A program made the position numbers and the translations under genes. DNA of 62,221 nt, filler included, from Porpidia crustulata (Eukaryota): NCBI GenBank assembly GCA_964255105.1. It is 3 parts of 3 records of this genome, joined end to end, with 100 filler letters (N's around TTAATTAATTAA, not from the genome) between each part and the next. Parts side by side here need not be neighbours in the genome. Positions count along the whole stretch, not along the records: positions 41,750 to 62,221 come from CAXUWE010000115.1; 2 more parts are not named here. The stretch is one strand, 5' to 3'. Every line of letters begins with the position of its first letter. Position 1 is the first letter of the stretch. Shown here piece after piece: positions 51,301 through 62,221 of the stretch. The notes below the pieces were generated by a model. That model did no database searches. It was not told where the DNA came from and was given only the letters and a program-made list of their open reading frames with translations.

Positions 51301-52787
51301 TGCTGGCCAGACCAGAGCCTAACTCTTCCGCTGATATTGGAAGAGTCAAATTGCGTTCGAGCACGCTGTCGTCGCCAGGTTGCTGCATTCCAGAATCAGC
51401 AGCGCTTGCGGCAAACTCTGGCGCACTTGGCGCTGATATAGCAAATGCGGCGTCTTGATTCCGTGAACCATCAAGGTTCGGCGAGTCTGTACTTGTAGGA
51501 TCTTGGAGCGCTTTCTGCTTCGCAGTTTCAAAAGCTCCAATCCAATCCTGCAGCTCGGACTGCGTATCGGCCTGTACGATGAAAGAGTAATTCGTCGTCT
51601 TTATCTCGAAGCAAAATCTTCTTTCCTCTGTCGAGGCGGGCCTGACACTACAAAGTAGTACTCCTATTCGCTCGCTTTCCTCTACTGCTCCGGATCGTGA
51701 GCCTTGGACCAAGAAACTGAAGATACCATTCTTAACAAAAAACCATCGGCGAACCCATACTGTCCGAGAAGGTTTCCCAGTTACTGTCCTGTGATTTAGC
51801 CAACCTTGTTTCTCAGATTTACTGGATCTATTCCTGTCCGGGGCCTGCAGGTTAGTGGTTGGAGGTCTCTTAGATCCAGATGTCGAATAGTCTTCGAGCT
51901 CGCGAGAGGGTCTGACAGCCGCTTCTGCGTTTTCCTCGATTTGCTTTCGGGCATGCAAAAGCTCTCGAACGAAGGATTTCTCCCCGCTCTCCATCTCGCG
52001 GCTCCATCCTCGTATGCGCTCAATGTCGTTCCCGGGCTTTCCAGTAAATGGGTCAACGTCGTTGCGTGATGCCCGCATGCCTCGCCACTGATCTGAGACA
52101 AGCTTAACCAGCATTTGGTCCAACTTCATGCGCAGTTGGGGCACCATCACACTAAAGTCCATAGAGGCTTTAAGATAGGTTTTTCGTGCTTCATGGACTT
52201 GAAAAGCATCCTCACGAAGAGAAGAAGGCTCCTTGGCCCTGGTTTGGGCTGAATAACGTGATTGAAGACCGTCAAGCTGTTTCTGCGATTGTTCAACTTG
52301 TCGGCGGATGTCCTTGTATGATCGGACATCATCCTTCAAGAATTGTCTAATCGGATCCGCGATCTTGCCTTCCATATTCTTCAGACCTGCGATCATCATT
52401 GACCAGTATTCCTTGGCCCCATCGCCGTATCTCTTGATTGCTAATAGAGTGTAATCATGGTCAATGATCGCCTCGGAGGTATTTGCTGGGGCCGCAGAGC
52501 AAATTAGGAGGCCATTAATCAAGCCTTCTAACGTTCCAATCTCATGTGATAATTTCGTGATTGATCTTACGTAGTTCTCAAGCCATTTTTCTATAAGATC
52601 GACCTGCTCTGAAAAGTGTATAACACTGGATCGAAATGTCGGCGAATCTAGGGCAGCCTCTTTCAAGCCTATCGGGCTACACCCATTCGTCAGTATCTTC
52701 ATAGCTATATCAATGCTAATTACAGAGCTGTACATACACGAGAGTAAGGGGCTTCCCCACTTGTACAAGGTTAGACGGCGATGACAT
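48346..52787 (-). CDS. SIP3: BAR-PH-GRAM/VASt lipid-transfer protein (Sip3/Lam1-like), multi-exon
   Basis: VPIGLKEAALDSPTFR (BAR), EKQGWL..WVRRWFFVKNGIF..ERRFCFEI (PH), QQEFPGRVY, VASt-like FDVSPKALFHVMFGDRS and KTPWHLPY, TM segment, C-terminal RQRLGSYRHDLVIAMRIIN. Confidence 0.9.
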
Positions 52788-53298
52788 CTCTGGAGGGATC
52801 CGTTTGTCCAACTGCTTTCTGCGTTGGCTCGACGGCAGAAGGTGAAATATCACGCTTTACTGTCCTGGTTAGGTTTTCCGAAACCACTGTTCCTAAAGAT
52901 TATTGATCATAGTTTCGGCTCGACGACGCGTCTCAACTCCAAGAAAGCAATGTCAGTGGTATTGATCTTGCCTTTGAGACAGTATGTAGGTATGAATCAC
53001 TCCCACTGCGAACCACAGCACCCATGGTGTGTACCTGCTCTACCTGTACTTAGGTTCGTGATGCTGAATGCCCTTGAGTAGCAATGGAAAGTGCCGAAAA
53101 CCTAGCGGTGACGCACTTAGCCCGTGCCCCACTGACAGGGACGTGCCAACTTGCTATGAGCTTAATTTTTATTTAATCAAACTCTCTAAGCCCCTCAATC
53201 AAGTCCCAGATATCATACATTTGTCGTATAATTCCCGATTTCTCCTTGGCTGTTGAATCCGTGTATTCCGAGGATAAGATTTTGCGTGCAGGCTGAAA

Positions 53299-55373
53299 AT
53301 GGCCAAGGCTGTTGCTGCGCTTCAAAGCCATCGTGAGAAGGGTCGAAAGAGGCCTCTTCCCCACTCAGTTGATGATCTGCGCCCAGAGAAGAAATCAAGG
53401 CCTCTACTTGAAGTTGATACATCTGAAGAAGAAAATGAGTCTATTTCGTCAGGCGGAGTAGCATTGAATAGCTCTGTTTCTCCAATCAATCAAAATGGGT
53501 TTACAATCAATCAGGACTTCGCCAGACGATTTGAGCACAACAAAAAAAGGGAGGAATTACAGAAGCGTTCGTACGAATTATCTAAGAGCTACCCTGTGTG
53601 TGTACTAATTTTCGCCTAGTTGAGGAGAAGTACGGAACCCACTTTACACCCTCGGGAGAGACCGCGAGTACCACAAACGGTAATGGCTACCTTGACGTTG
53701 ACACCGACTCCTCCACAGAATCCGAAGAGGAAGACGATGAAGGCATTCTAGCTACGGGAATTCTGGATGATCAATTTCACGCTACGTTCGAAGCAATTCG
53801 AGCCAAGGATCCAAGGGTTTACGACGGGAAAGCCATATTTTACGCAGATGCAGATGATGAGGTGACTGACACGAGGAATACTGAGAAAAGGCAGATGCCC
53901 ATGTACTTGAGCGACTATCATCGAAGAAATCTGTTGGAGGCTGTGAATGACGAAGAACACGACGACGAGAGACCCATAACTTATGCAGAGCAGCAAGACG
54001 ATCTTAAAAGGAACTTAGTGAGAGAGATGCATGCTGCTGCGGAGGGATTCGATATAGACCACGACGCTGATGGTGATGGGTTTTTGATTGAAAGACAGCC
54101 AATACTAGAAGTAGGCAAGGGCGAAGGAAAGATTAAGCCACCCATCAAAGAGCTCGATGTCGAAACAGCCGAGAAAGACCCTGAGACGTTTCTCCTGAAT
54201 TTTATGTCCACAAGAGCTTGGGTACCGTCTGAGGCCTCCAACCTTCAGCCGTTCGAGTCTGACGACGATGAAAACGATCAACGAGCGGAGACGTTCGAAG
54301 AAGCTTACAATCTACGATTCGAAGATCCCAAAGGTTCCAATGAGAAACTTTTATCTCATGCGAGAGATGCTGCTGCAAAATACTCTGTACGTCGAGAGGA
54401 CCCAAACGCACGTAAGAAGACTAGAGATGCGGAACGAGCAAAGAAAGATGCAGAGAAGCAGGAACGTGAGCGAGAAAAGGCTCGTTTACGTAGGCTCAAG
54501 ATTGCGGACGTTGAAGAAAAGGTTCGAAAAATCAAGGAAGCTGCTGGACCTCGAGGAACCGAGTTGCAAGAACGTGACTGGACAGCCTTTCTGGATGAGG
54601 GTTGGGATAACGACCGCTGGGAGCAAGAAATGGAAAGGCGATTTGGCAAGGATTACTATGCGGCTCAAGTTTTGACTGATAATGATGATGGCGCAGTAAT
54701 TAGTAGACCCAATATCAGCAAACCCAAATGGAAGGACGATATTGACATCAAAGATCTTGTTCCAAGCTTTGACGCAGAGCACGAGATGCAGAAGCCTCCC
54801 TTTACCCTGACAGACGATGACTCGGATCGTAGCGCCACAAGATCTATGAATGGAGATGGTCACGGAAGACCCAAAAACAAATCAAAGGCTACTCGGAAGC
54901 AAGAAAATAATGAAGTGAAAAGGATAGCCCGTCAGGAACGCCAAAAGATTGAACAGCTCGTGAGCGAGGACCTGAATGCCATCGAGGATATCTCCAGTAT
55001 GACTACCAAAAATGCTGGTCATTTCCGGTACAGGGAAACATCACCAATGGCCTTTGGCTTAACCGCCCACGATATTCTCATGGCTTCTGACAGCCAGCTT
55101 AATCAATATGCAGGTTTGAAGAAGACGGCTGCCTTTAGAGACGCAGACAAAAAGAGGAGAGACAAAAAGAGGCTTGGAAAGAAAGCACGGCTACGGCAAT
55201 GGAGAAAGGAGACGTTTGGCAGCGAGCATGGACCACAGAAGACATTGGGCGAGGTACTTGCCGGTGGTGCTGTGGCTAGACCAGAGATGAAGGTGACCGG
55301 CACTTCGAAAGCAATCAGTGCAGAGGGGACGAGCAGCAGGTCGCGTTCAAGGAAAAGCAAGAGCAAGGGTTAA
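53299..55373 (+). CDS. KRI1: 40S ribosome biogenesis factor Kri1 (one intron ~53567-53619)
   Basis: INQDFARRFEHNKKREELQK|LEEKYG, IRAKDPRVYD, FEEAYNLRFEDP, FRYRETSPMAFGLTAHDILMASDSQLNQYAGLKK. Confidence 0.95.
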
Positions 55374-55724
55374 GGGGCCTCATCTAGCCATTAGCTCCTG
55401 AAATGCAAAGATATCAAACAATTGTAAACCTTGGTGATAGCATAGTCCGTGTCTTATACCTCCTGCGTCTGAAATGGTAGAATTGCTTTCCCCCAGAGCC
55501 TCGGAATGATCCGGCTCGATGTAATCGGGATTGTCCGTAAACGTAAGGTGAAATTAGAGCAGGGGTCGTTAGCGCTTTTCCTCTGCTCCCTAGCCTCCCT
55601 TCGCATTCTTTTTTCACCAACCCAAACTACCTCAGCATACACCACAACCATCACGCCGAAACCTCTCCACTCAACCTTTTTTTGTCTCAATCCTGCTTGA
55701 ACTGTCACGTAATCAAACGCCAAG

Positions 55725-57302
55725 ATGGTCGAAGGAGAAGTTGTACAGTCGAAGAAGTCCTTCATGGGCATGCCGGTAGGTTCCCAGTATCTCAGACCAT
55801 GAAAAAGCACAACGATATCGCGCCCATGACTATTCATCATGTCAATACGTACGAGACACATTGCAAATGCTAGCGCTTGGTGCATTGAGCTGCGCTCATG
55901 TTCCGTCGAGTGTTGTTATCGCCTGTCAATTGTTCTATCTACAGAAGAGTCCGCTGGCTAACGCTCCGTGTCAATAGGGTTTTGTGGTGGACTTCTTGAG
56001 TACGTAGCGCTACCATAACGATGCTTTTAGCACATCACATGACTATGGTGGCTACTGCCTATCAATGATACGCTTGTGTGAACGGGATGGAAGTGTTCAA
56101 GATCACTGATTGATTTGTATAGTGGGTGGTGTCTCCGCCGCCGTTTCGAAGACAGCTGCTGCGCCAATTGAGCGGGTCAAGCTTCTTATTCAAAATCAGG
56201 TACGTATGAAGCATCCCAATTCAGGAAATGGAGCCTGTGTACTTGTCAAATCTCTGGACAGTGTTTCCTTTGTATTTGATCACCTGTAAACTGTTAATCT
56301 GTGCCATTAAGCCAAGTCAAATATCACAATGTGCTACTTGAAGTTTGCAGAGGCCATGCTTACTGACGTTATCGTGAACGTTAGGATGAGATGCTGAAGA
56401 CTGGGCGTCTGGATCGCAAATATGACGGCATTGCTGAATGTTTCTCCCGTACCACTAGAAATGAAGGCATTGCATCTCTATGGAGAGGTAATACCGCCAA
56501 TGTTATCCGTTACTTCCCAACCCAAGCTCTAAATTTTGCGTTCCGCGATACCTATAAGTCAATGTTCGCCTACAAGAAGGATCGAGACGGATACGCCAAG
56601 TGGATGATGGGTAATTTGGCATCCGGTGGCGTAAGCACTCCCAATGGCTGGTTCACACACCCATTACTGATAATTGAATAGGCTGCTGGTGCAACTTCTC
56701 TTCTCTTTGTGTATTCGTTGGACTATGCCCGTACTCGTCTTGCCAACGATGCGAAGAATGCCAAAAGTGGTGGAGATCGCCAGTTCAACGGTTTGGTCGA
56801 TGTATACAAAAAGACTCTCGCCAGTGACGGTGTTTCCGGGCTTTATCGTGGTTTTGGTCCTTCTGTTCTTGGTATAGTTGTCTACCGAGGTCTTTACTTC
56901 GGCATGTACGATTCGATCAAGCCTGTCCTTCTCGTTGGCGCTCTCGAGGGTAACTTCTTGGCCTCCTTTCTACTCGGTTGGACTGTCACAACTGGTGCCG
57001 GCATCGCTTCCTATCCTCTCGACACTATTCGTCGACGTATGATGATGACTTCTGGAGAGGTAAGTCAATAACTTCTTTGCATTACAGAATATCTGTTAAT
57101 CATAGCTTCCCAACAGGCCGTTAAGTACAAGTCTTCCATGGATGCTGGTCGCCAGATCATCGCTAAGGAGGGCATAAAGTCTCTCTTCAAAGGTGCCGGT
57201 GCTAACATTCTCCGTGGTGTTGCCGGTGCTGGTGTGCTCTCAATTTATGACCAGGCTCAGCTTCTCCTATTCGGAAAGCAATTCAAGGGTGGATCAGGAT
57301 GA
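55725..57302 (+). CDS. AAC: Mitochondrial ADP/ATP carrier (6 exons)
   Basis: [57 protein letters not shown] signature, [20 protein letters not shown], ending GGSG*. Confidence 0.98.
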
Positions 57303-57838
57303 AGTTGTCACAGCTCACTACATGTTCATGGTCTGCCAAGACTTAGATGTTCCGTGGTTTGGAAGGTTGTTGTTGTTGTCGTTGTAGGCTTTGAGGAGGA
57401 ATTGTAGGGTGGAAGAGGGTGTTGCATATGGCGGTGCAGCAATGCTGTTGTACTTTACAAAGCTGGCAAATTTCATACACGTACTCCTTCCTACAATGTT
57501 ACACCCCGCTTGGTTCTATTTTCAACTCTATCTACCTCATTCGTATGAGAATAGTTTGCATTGGTGGAGGGTGACAGTGTCAATGGAATATATGAGGTCC
57601 CAGAAAGGAAAACACTAACAATTTTCCCCTCTAATGTAAAAATCTCTTATTATGCCCATTCGCGGCTTATCTGTGACACCGAAATAATCGCCCTCTTGCT
57701 CGGAATACAAATCGCATACTCTACTAGATCCCCGCAACCTACAAGGAGAGTATTTTAATTTTACTTCGTGAAAGTGGCCTTGAGACAGTTCAATCCAACA
57801 TAACAGCGGACCGCATTCTCTCGACCCTCTTAATAAGT

Positions 57839-58576
57839 ATGTTAGGCATACCAGTTCACACCCACAGCCCGATCAGCGCTACAAATTCTTCCGTTGCACC
57901 AAAAGCCTTAAACGATGATCAATCGCTCTCAGCGCGGCCAGGAGCCGCCCCACCTACACCAACTCGGACCACAAATACAAACTCTCAGTATACTCCCCCA
58001 CCCGCTCAACCTGGACCAGTTCCCCTTCCTCAATCTGCTACAATAACCGCGAAGCCAAGTGTTCCTCCTCCGCCGAGAGCCGGCGAGAAAGCAAAACCCC
58101 CAGAGTATTATGCTCCTGTTCACGCAACGCCTACTCATGCAGCTACTCAAGCTCAGCCGTATCCACAACAAATGTCAATACCTCCGCCCGGGCATTCATA
58201 TCCGAGCCAGCCGCCAGTTTCTATAACCTCCCTGAACCAACTCTCTCCATTGCCACAGCCTTCGAACCTCAATCTATCCGCCGAGACACAACAACCTCAA
58301 CCTACGCGTACGTTTCATGGCGCAGATGGGGTAGAAGCACGACGAAGTCTAGAGCATCCCCCGGGATACGTGCAGAACTCCCACGCTTTAGATATGACAC
58401 CAGACCAACGGCTAGCTATGCAGCAAGAGCATCAATCGGGCAGGCTTGGGCTTGGTGAGAACAAGACTTCAGGTTACGGGCAGGAGGAGAGTGTATGGGA
58501 TATAGCCAAGAGATTTGCCAAGGGGGTTGGTGATAAAGTAACGGAGATCAATGAGAAGTATGGAGGGAAATCATAG
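57839..58576 (+). CDS. Proline-rich hypothetical protein (245 aa)
   Basis: Intact single-exon ORF; PPPAQPG, VPPPPRAGE, LEHPPGYVQN and VWDIAKRFAKGVGDKV look like conserved fungal motifs; function unknown. Confidence 0.8.
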   Translation: MLGIPVHTHSPISATNSSVAPKALNDDQSLSARPGAAPPTPTRTTNTNSQYTPPPAQPGPVPLPQSATITAKPSVPPPPRAGEKAKPPEYYAPVHATPTHAATQAQPYPQQMSIPPPGHSYPSQPPVSITSLNQLSPLPQPSNLNLSAETQQPQPTRTFHGADGVEARRSLEHPPGYVQNSHALDMTPDQRLAMQQEHQSGRLGLGENKTSGYGQEESVWDIAKRFAKGVGDKVTEINEKYGGKS

Positions 58577-58705
58577 ACCACCGCAATGAAGGTTGAACCA
58601 TGATAGCCTAGGTCTTCGGAAATTGAGGCCTTACTGATAGATACTAGGCGTCAACCAAAGCAAGCTGTGCTCACTTGAACAGCCATTTCAGTCCCGCATG
58701 CTGCT

Positions 58706-58949
58706 CACGCGGCCAGAAAATAAATCCATACCGCAAAAATCGATCTTCACCAATATGAATCAGATCTGACGATTGACTTCAGGAGATTTTTCGATGAATC
58801 TACGTAGTCTAACGGTGTATCGCTTTGACCTGATTCTTTGCGTTCATTATCATTTAAATTTGTAGCGTTCAGGTGGTATGTTCTAAGACACAGAAGAAAA
58901 GTTAATGAGGATCGAGTCTTGCGGTATGGATTTATTTTCTGGCCGCGTG
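58706..58949. mobile_element. 244-bp non-autonomous DNA transposon (MITE) with 44-bp TIRs, CAC...GTG termini and a CTGCT target-site duplication
   Basis: 58706-58749 vs the reverse complement of 58906-58949: first 31 bp identical, 41/44 overall. CTGCT lies immediately outside both ends (58701-58705, 58950-58954). Confidence 0.9.
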
Positions 58950-59492
58950 CTGCTCTACCGTGGGAGCTCGGCAAAGTTTAGCACACTGTGATACTTTGTA
59001 GGTTCGATTTGTGGATATGAGATGTCCGACTGTTCGAGTCGCGTTGTGGAATCCTCTTCTGCGCTGCTGATGCAGATGCAATCAATATCCCTAACTATCC
59101 TCTAGCGCTCTGACAAGCTTTATGTTGGATTTGATTGCCATCTTGGGGTGATTTGAAGACCAAGATCTGCAAAATAAAGGGCTTATTTTCGACGAAGGGT
59201 AGGGTGAATGGTAGCCGAAGTGAGCTAGCACCTAGCTAGGAGTAGCACAGCCCTTCTTCAAAGCATTCTGTCTGTCGTCATACCCCGCGTGCCCGCCAAA
59301 ACCTAGGTGCTCATAAGGCTGATCAATCATGGAGATTGTCCGCCATGACAGCTTTTCTCCTGTTACCACAGCGAGATGGAAGAGAAATGAGCGTTGAGCG
59401 ATTCCGATCAGAAGACTCGTGTACCAACGCGGTGCTGTCGGTTTTGAGCTGTTTGCGCCTCCTGTCATGGTAAAAGGCGTTAGGAAGAAGAA

Positions 59493-62221
59493 ATGTCTAG
59501 GAATGACCAATTGCCGTCTGCAATACAATCGCAAAGGTATGCGGCTACCGAGAGTATATCACAGCATCCTCGAATGCCTAGAAATGATAACCCAGGCTTC
59601 GCTGAAGCTATGTTACCTGAGACCCCGATCCCCCTCATTCCGCATCAACAATTTATCCCGGACCCGGGCGTCCCATTGTCCCCGCGAACAGCATTCGGCC
59701 ATCGCTATCTGAGCAACACGGGGGACAGATTGCATGGGTATGGTAGCCGGCTCGAGGGTATCGTAAATTCGCCGCAAGAAATTGAGAAACGTTTTGGTCA
59801 AGGAGAGCTAGCCTCGTCTTCGGGACATGCAGGGTGTCCGGGGTCTATAATAGAACAGAGAGAGAGCGCTGGGGGTACCGGAAGATCAGGTGCCAGCAAG
59901 AGAAATTCGAGTCCTGACGGGTCGGACCCTATTAGTCCCACGAGCTCGCGTGATTTTGCTGCACGAGGTTCTTTTGGAGGAGCAGCGCATGGGAGCAGTA
60001 ATAAAAATGGCATGGAAGACTTTGGAGAAAGGGACGATATGGACAAACCGCCATCTTGGAGCGAACTGAAGACAAAGGCGGGAAAGGAGCGCAAGAGGTT
60101 GCCCTTAGCCTGTATAGCTTGCAGGCGGAAAAAGATACGCTGTTCGGGCGAAAAACCGGCGTGTAAGCATTGCTTGCGCTCCCGAATCCCATGTGTATAC
60201 AAGGTCACTGCACGAAGGGCAGCGCCGAGGACTGACTACATGGCCATGCTTGATAAACGCCTGAAGAGAATGGAGGAAAGAGTCATCAAAATCATACCAA
60301 AGGAAGAGATGGCCAATGCTGCAGCTATCGGGAGGGCGAACGTCAGACCTCCAGCATCTGGACAAAACCTGAAGACCCACAGCGGCAAAAAGAGGGTTGC
60401 AGGAGAAGCCTTTGGTCCTGAACTCGGCGATTGGCCGCAATCGAAGCTTGGCAACAGTCTTCCAAAATTATTGGATTTTAACGAGAACAGACTTCTAATG
60501 GAGGGCGCGGATAAGCTTCCGCCCCCTGAGATTCAGGAGCATCTGTCGGAGGTTTTCTTTGATTGCTTATCTGGCCAAGCTTACCATCTTCTGCACAAGC
60601 CAAGCTTCATGAGAAAATTACGGTAATACAAATGACAGCAGATTTGGGGATTTATCATGCTAATATTGATCTAGCGCTGGAACCGTGCATCCTGTACTCA
60701 TTCTTGCTGTTTGCGCCGTTGCGGCCCGTTTCTCTACGCATCCGCAAGTCGCCTCGGAGCCAGCTTTTCTTCGAGGAGAAAGTTGGGCAGCTCCGGCACG
60801 GGAAATCGTTTTGAAAAGATATGATGAGCCAAACATGACAATTCTGACTTGTTTACTGATCCTAGGGCTACACGAATTCGGCACTTGTCAAGGTGGCCGG
60901 AGCTGGATGCTGGGTGGTATGGCCATGCGTATGGCGTATGCACTACAACTTCATCAGGAACTCGACCGTGATCCACTCACGCAAAACAAGACAAGGGATG
61001 CAAACTTTAGCTTTACAGACCGAGAAATTCGAAGGAGGACGATGTGGGCTTGCTTCCTCATGGACCGTTTCAACTCATCAGGCACCGAACGCCCTACGTT
61101 TCTGAACGAAGACAATATTAAGATACAGTTACCAGTCAAAGAATCTCGATTCCAGATGGAGATACCTGCTTCTACGGAAACGCTAGATGGCGAGATTCTC
61201 AACCCAATTCCTCCCGACTCCGGCCAGGTCTCGGATGCGAAAGAGAACATGGGAGTAGCTGCATACTTGATCCGCATCATAGCTATATGGGGTAGCGTGA
61301 TCAAGTATCTAAATCTAGGCGGTAAAGAAAAGGACGACTTACCTATGACGGACCCGTGTTCCCAGTTTGCGAGACTTAGAAAGAAAGTTGATGATTTTGA
61401 ATTATCCTTACCTCCTTCACTGCACAATAACCAGGAGAACTTGGCCGACCACGCCGCCGACAAGACCGCGAATCAATTTTTGTTCATGCATATATCAGCC
61501 AATCAGGTCAGGCTTTTCCTACACCACTTCGCCATTCCTTCAGGCCCTGGAGGAAAACCACCCAAAGACGTCCCAAGATCGCTCCTGGCCGAGGCCGGTC
61601 CTACAGCTATAGAAGCAGCCAATCGCATATCAATACTCCTGGAAAGTGCAGTGAATCACGGAGTCGTTGCTCCATTTGCCGGATATTGTGCTTTCTCTTC
61701 GAGTACCGTCCATATATGGGGCATTTTCTCTAGAAATCAAAGTTTGGAAGCAGCCTCAAAGAGGAATCTGGCGCGTAATGTCAAGTACCTGAGCAAGATG
61801 AAAAAGTATTGGGGAATGTTTCATTTCATGGCCGAGAACCTCAAAGACATCTATCGAGCGCACGCCGACGCTTCGCTTAAAGGCCCCGGCGTGATTGAAG
61901 CAGACATCATAGGCGCCAGTATATTCCAGTATGGGGATTGGTTCCAGAAATATCCCCACGGTGTCTCGTCTACCGATTACGAGGATCCAGCAACGAAAAT
62001 CAAGCAAGAATCCGGCAGCGACGCGGCCTTGAGCCAAAAGTCCGATCTCCAGAGCGTCGAAGAGTTCTTCCATCAGCTTTCGCCCCCTGCCAGAGCTGGC
62101 TCCCGCCGCATACCAACAAAGACATCATCGAGATCATCGAGATCGCACTCAGTGAATCACTCATCATCACAACCTCTGCACCACCCACCACACATTCTTC
62201 CCCCGACTGACTCCCACCAAC
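59493..62221 (+). CDS. Zn2Cys6 transcription factor with fungal-specific TF domain (Prf-like); runs off the window end
   Basis: CIACRRKKIRCSGEKPACKHCLRSRIPC cluster; intron ~60623-60675; Fungal_trans motifs SWMLGGMAMRMAYALQLH and REIRRRTMWACFLMDR. Confidence 0.93.

Noticed and set aside
55776..56384. Unusually long ADP/ATP carrier introns as snoRNA hosts
   Set aside because: No convincing C/D or H/ACA box arrangement by eye; an Infernal/Rfam scan would be needed.

Overview
Intron-rich genomic DNA from a filamentous ascomycete (Pezizomycotina), with two artificial 100-nt scaffold gaps. There are four zones. (1) 0.3-18 kb: a compact candidate biosynthetic cluster containing an uncharacterised multi-TM protein, a complete highly reducing PKS (KS-AT-DH-cMT-ER-KR-ACP, no release domain), a PTH11/rhodopsin-domain membrane protein, an SDR and a small lipocalin-like protein, followed by decayed DNA to ~21 kb. 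(2) 21-28.4 kb: housekeeping genes (cyclin H, RPT2, UBC1, an ACS-family MFS transporter). (3) 28.5-41.6 kb: an accessory 'graveyard' with a small secreted His-rich protein missed by the ORF track and several pseudogenes. (4) 41.7-62.2 kb: conserved genes (DNAJC7-like, Rua1-C-domain protein, SIP3/LAM1-like, KRI1, ADP/ATP carrier, a Pro-rich protein, a Zn2Cys6 TF). Non-coding highlights are a 244-bp CAC...GTG MITE with a 5-bp target duplication (Transib/CMC-like) and three ~100-115 bp hairpin elements carrying telomeric hexamers. All product calls come from motif recognition by eye; no database searches were run, and exon boundaries are manual estimates.
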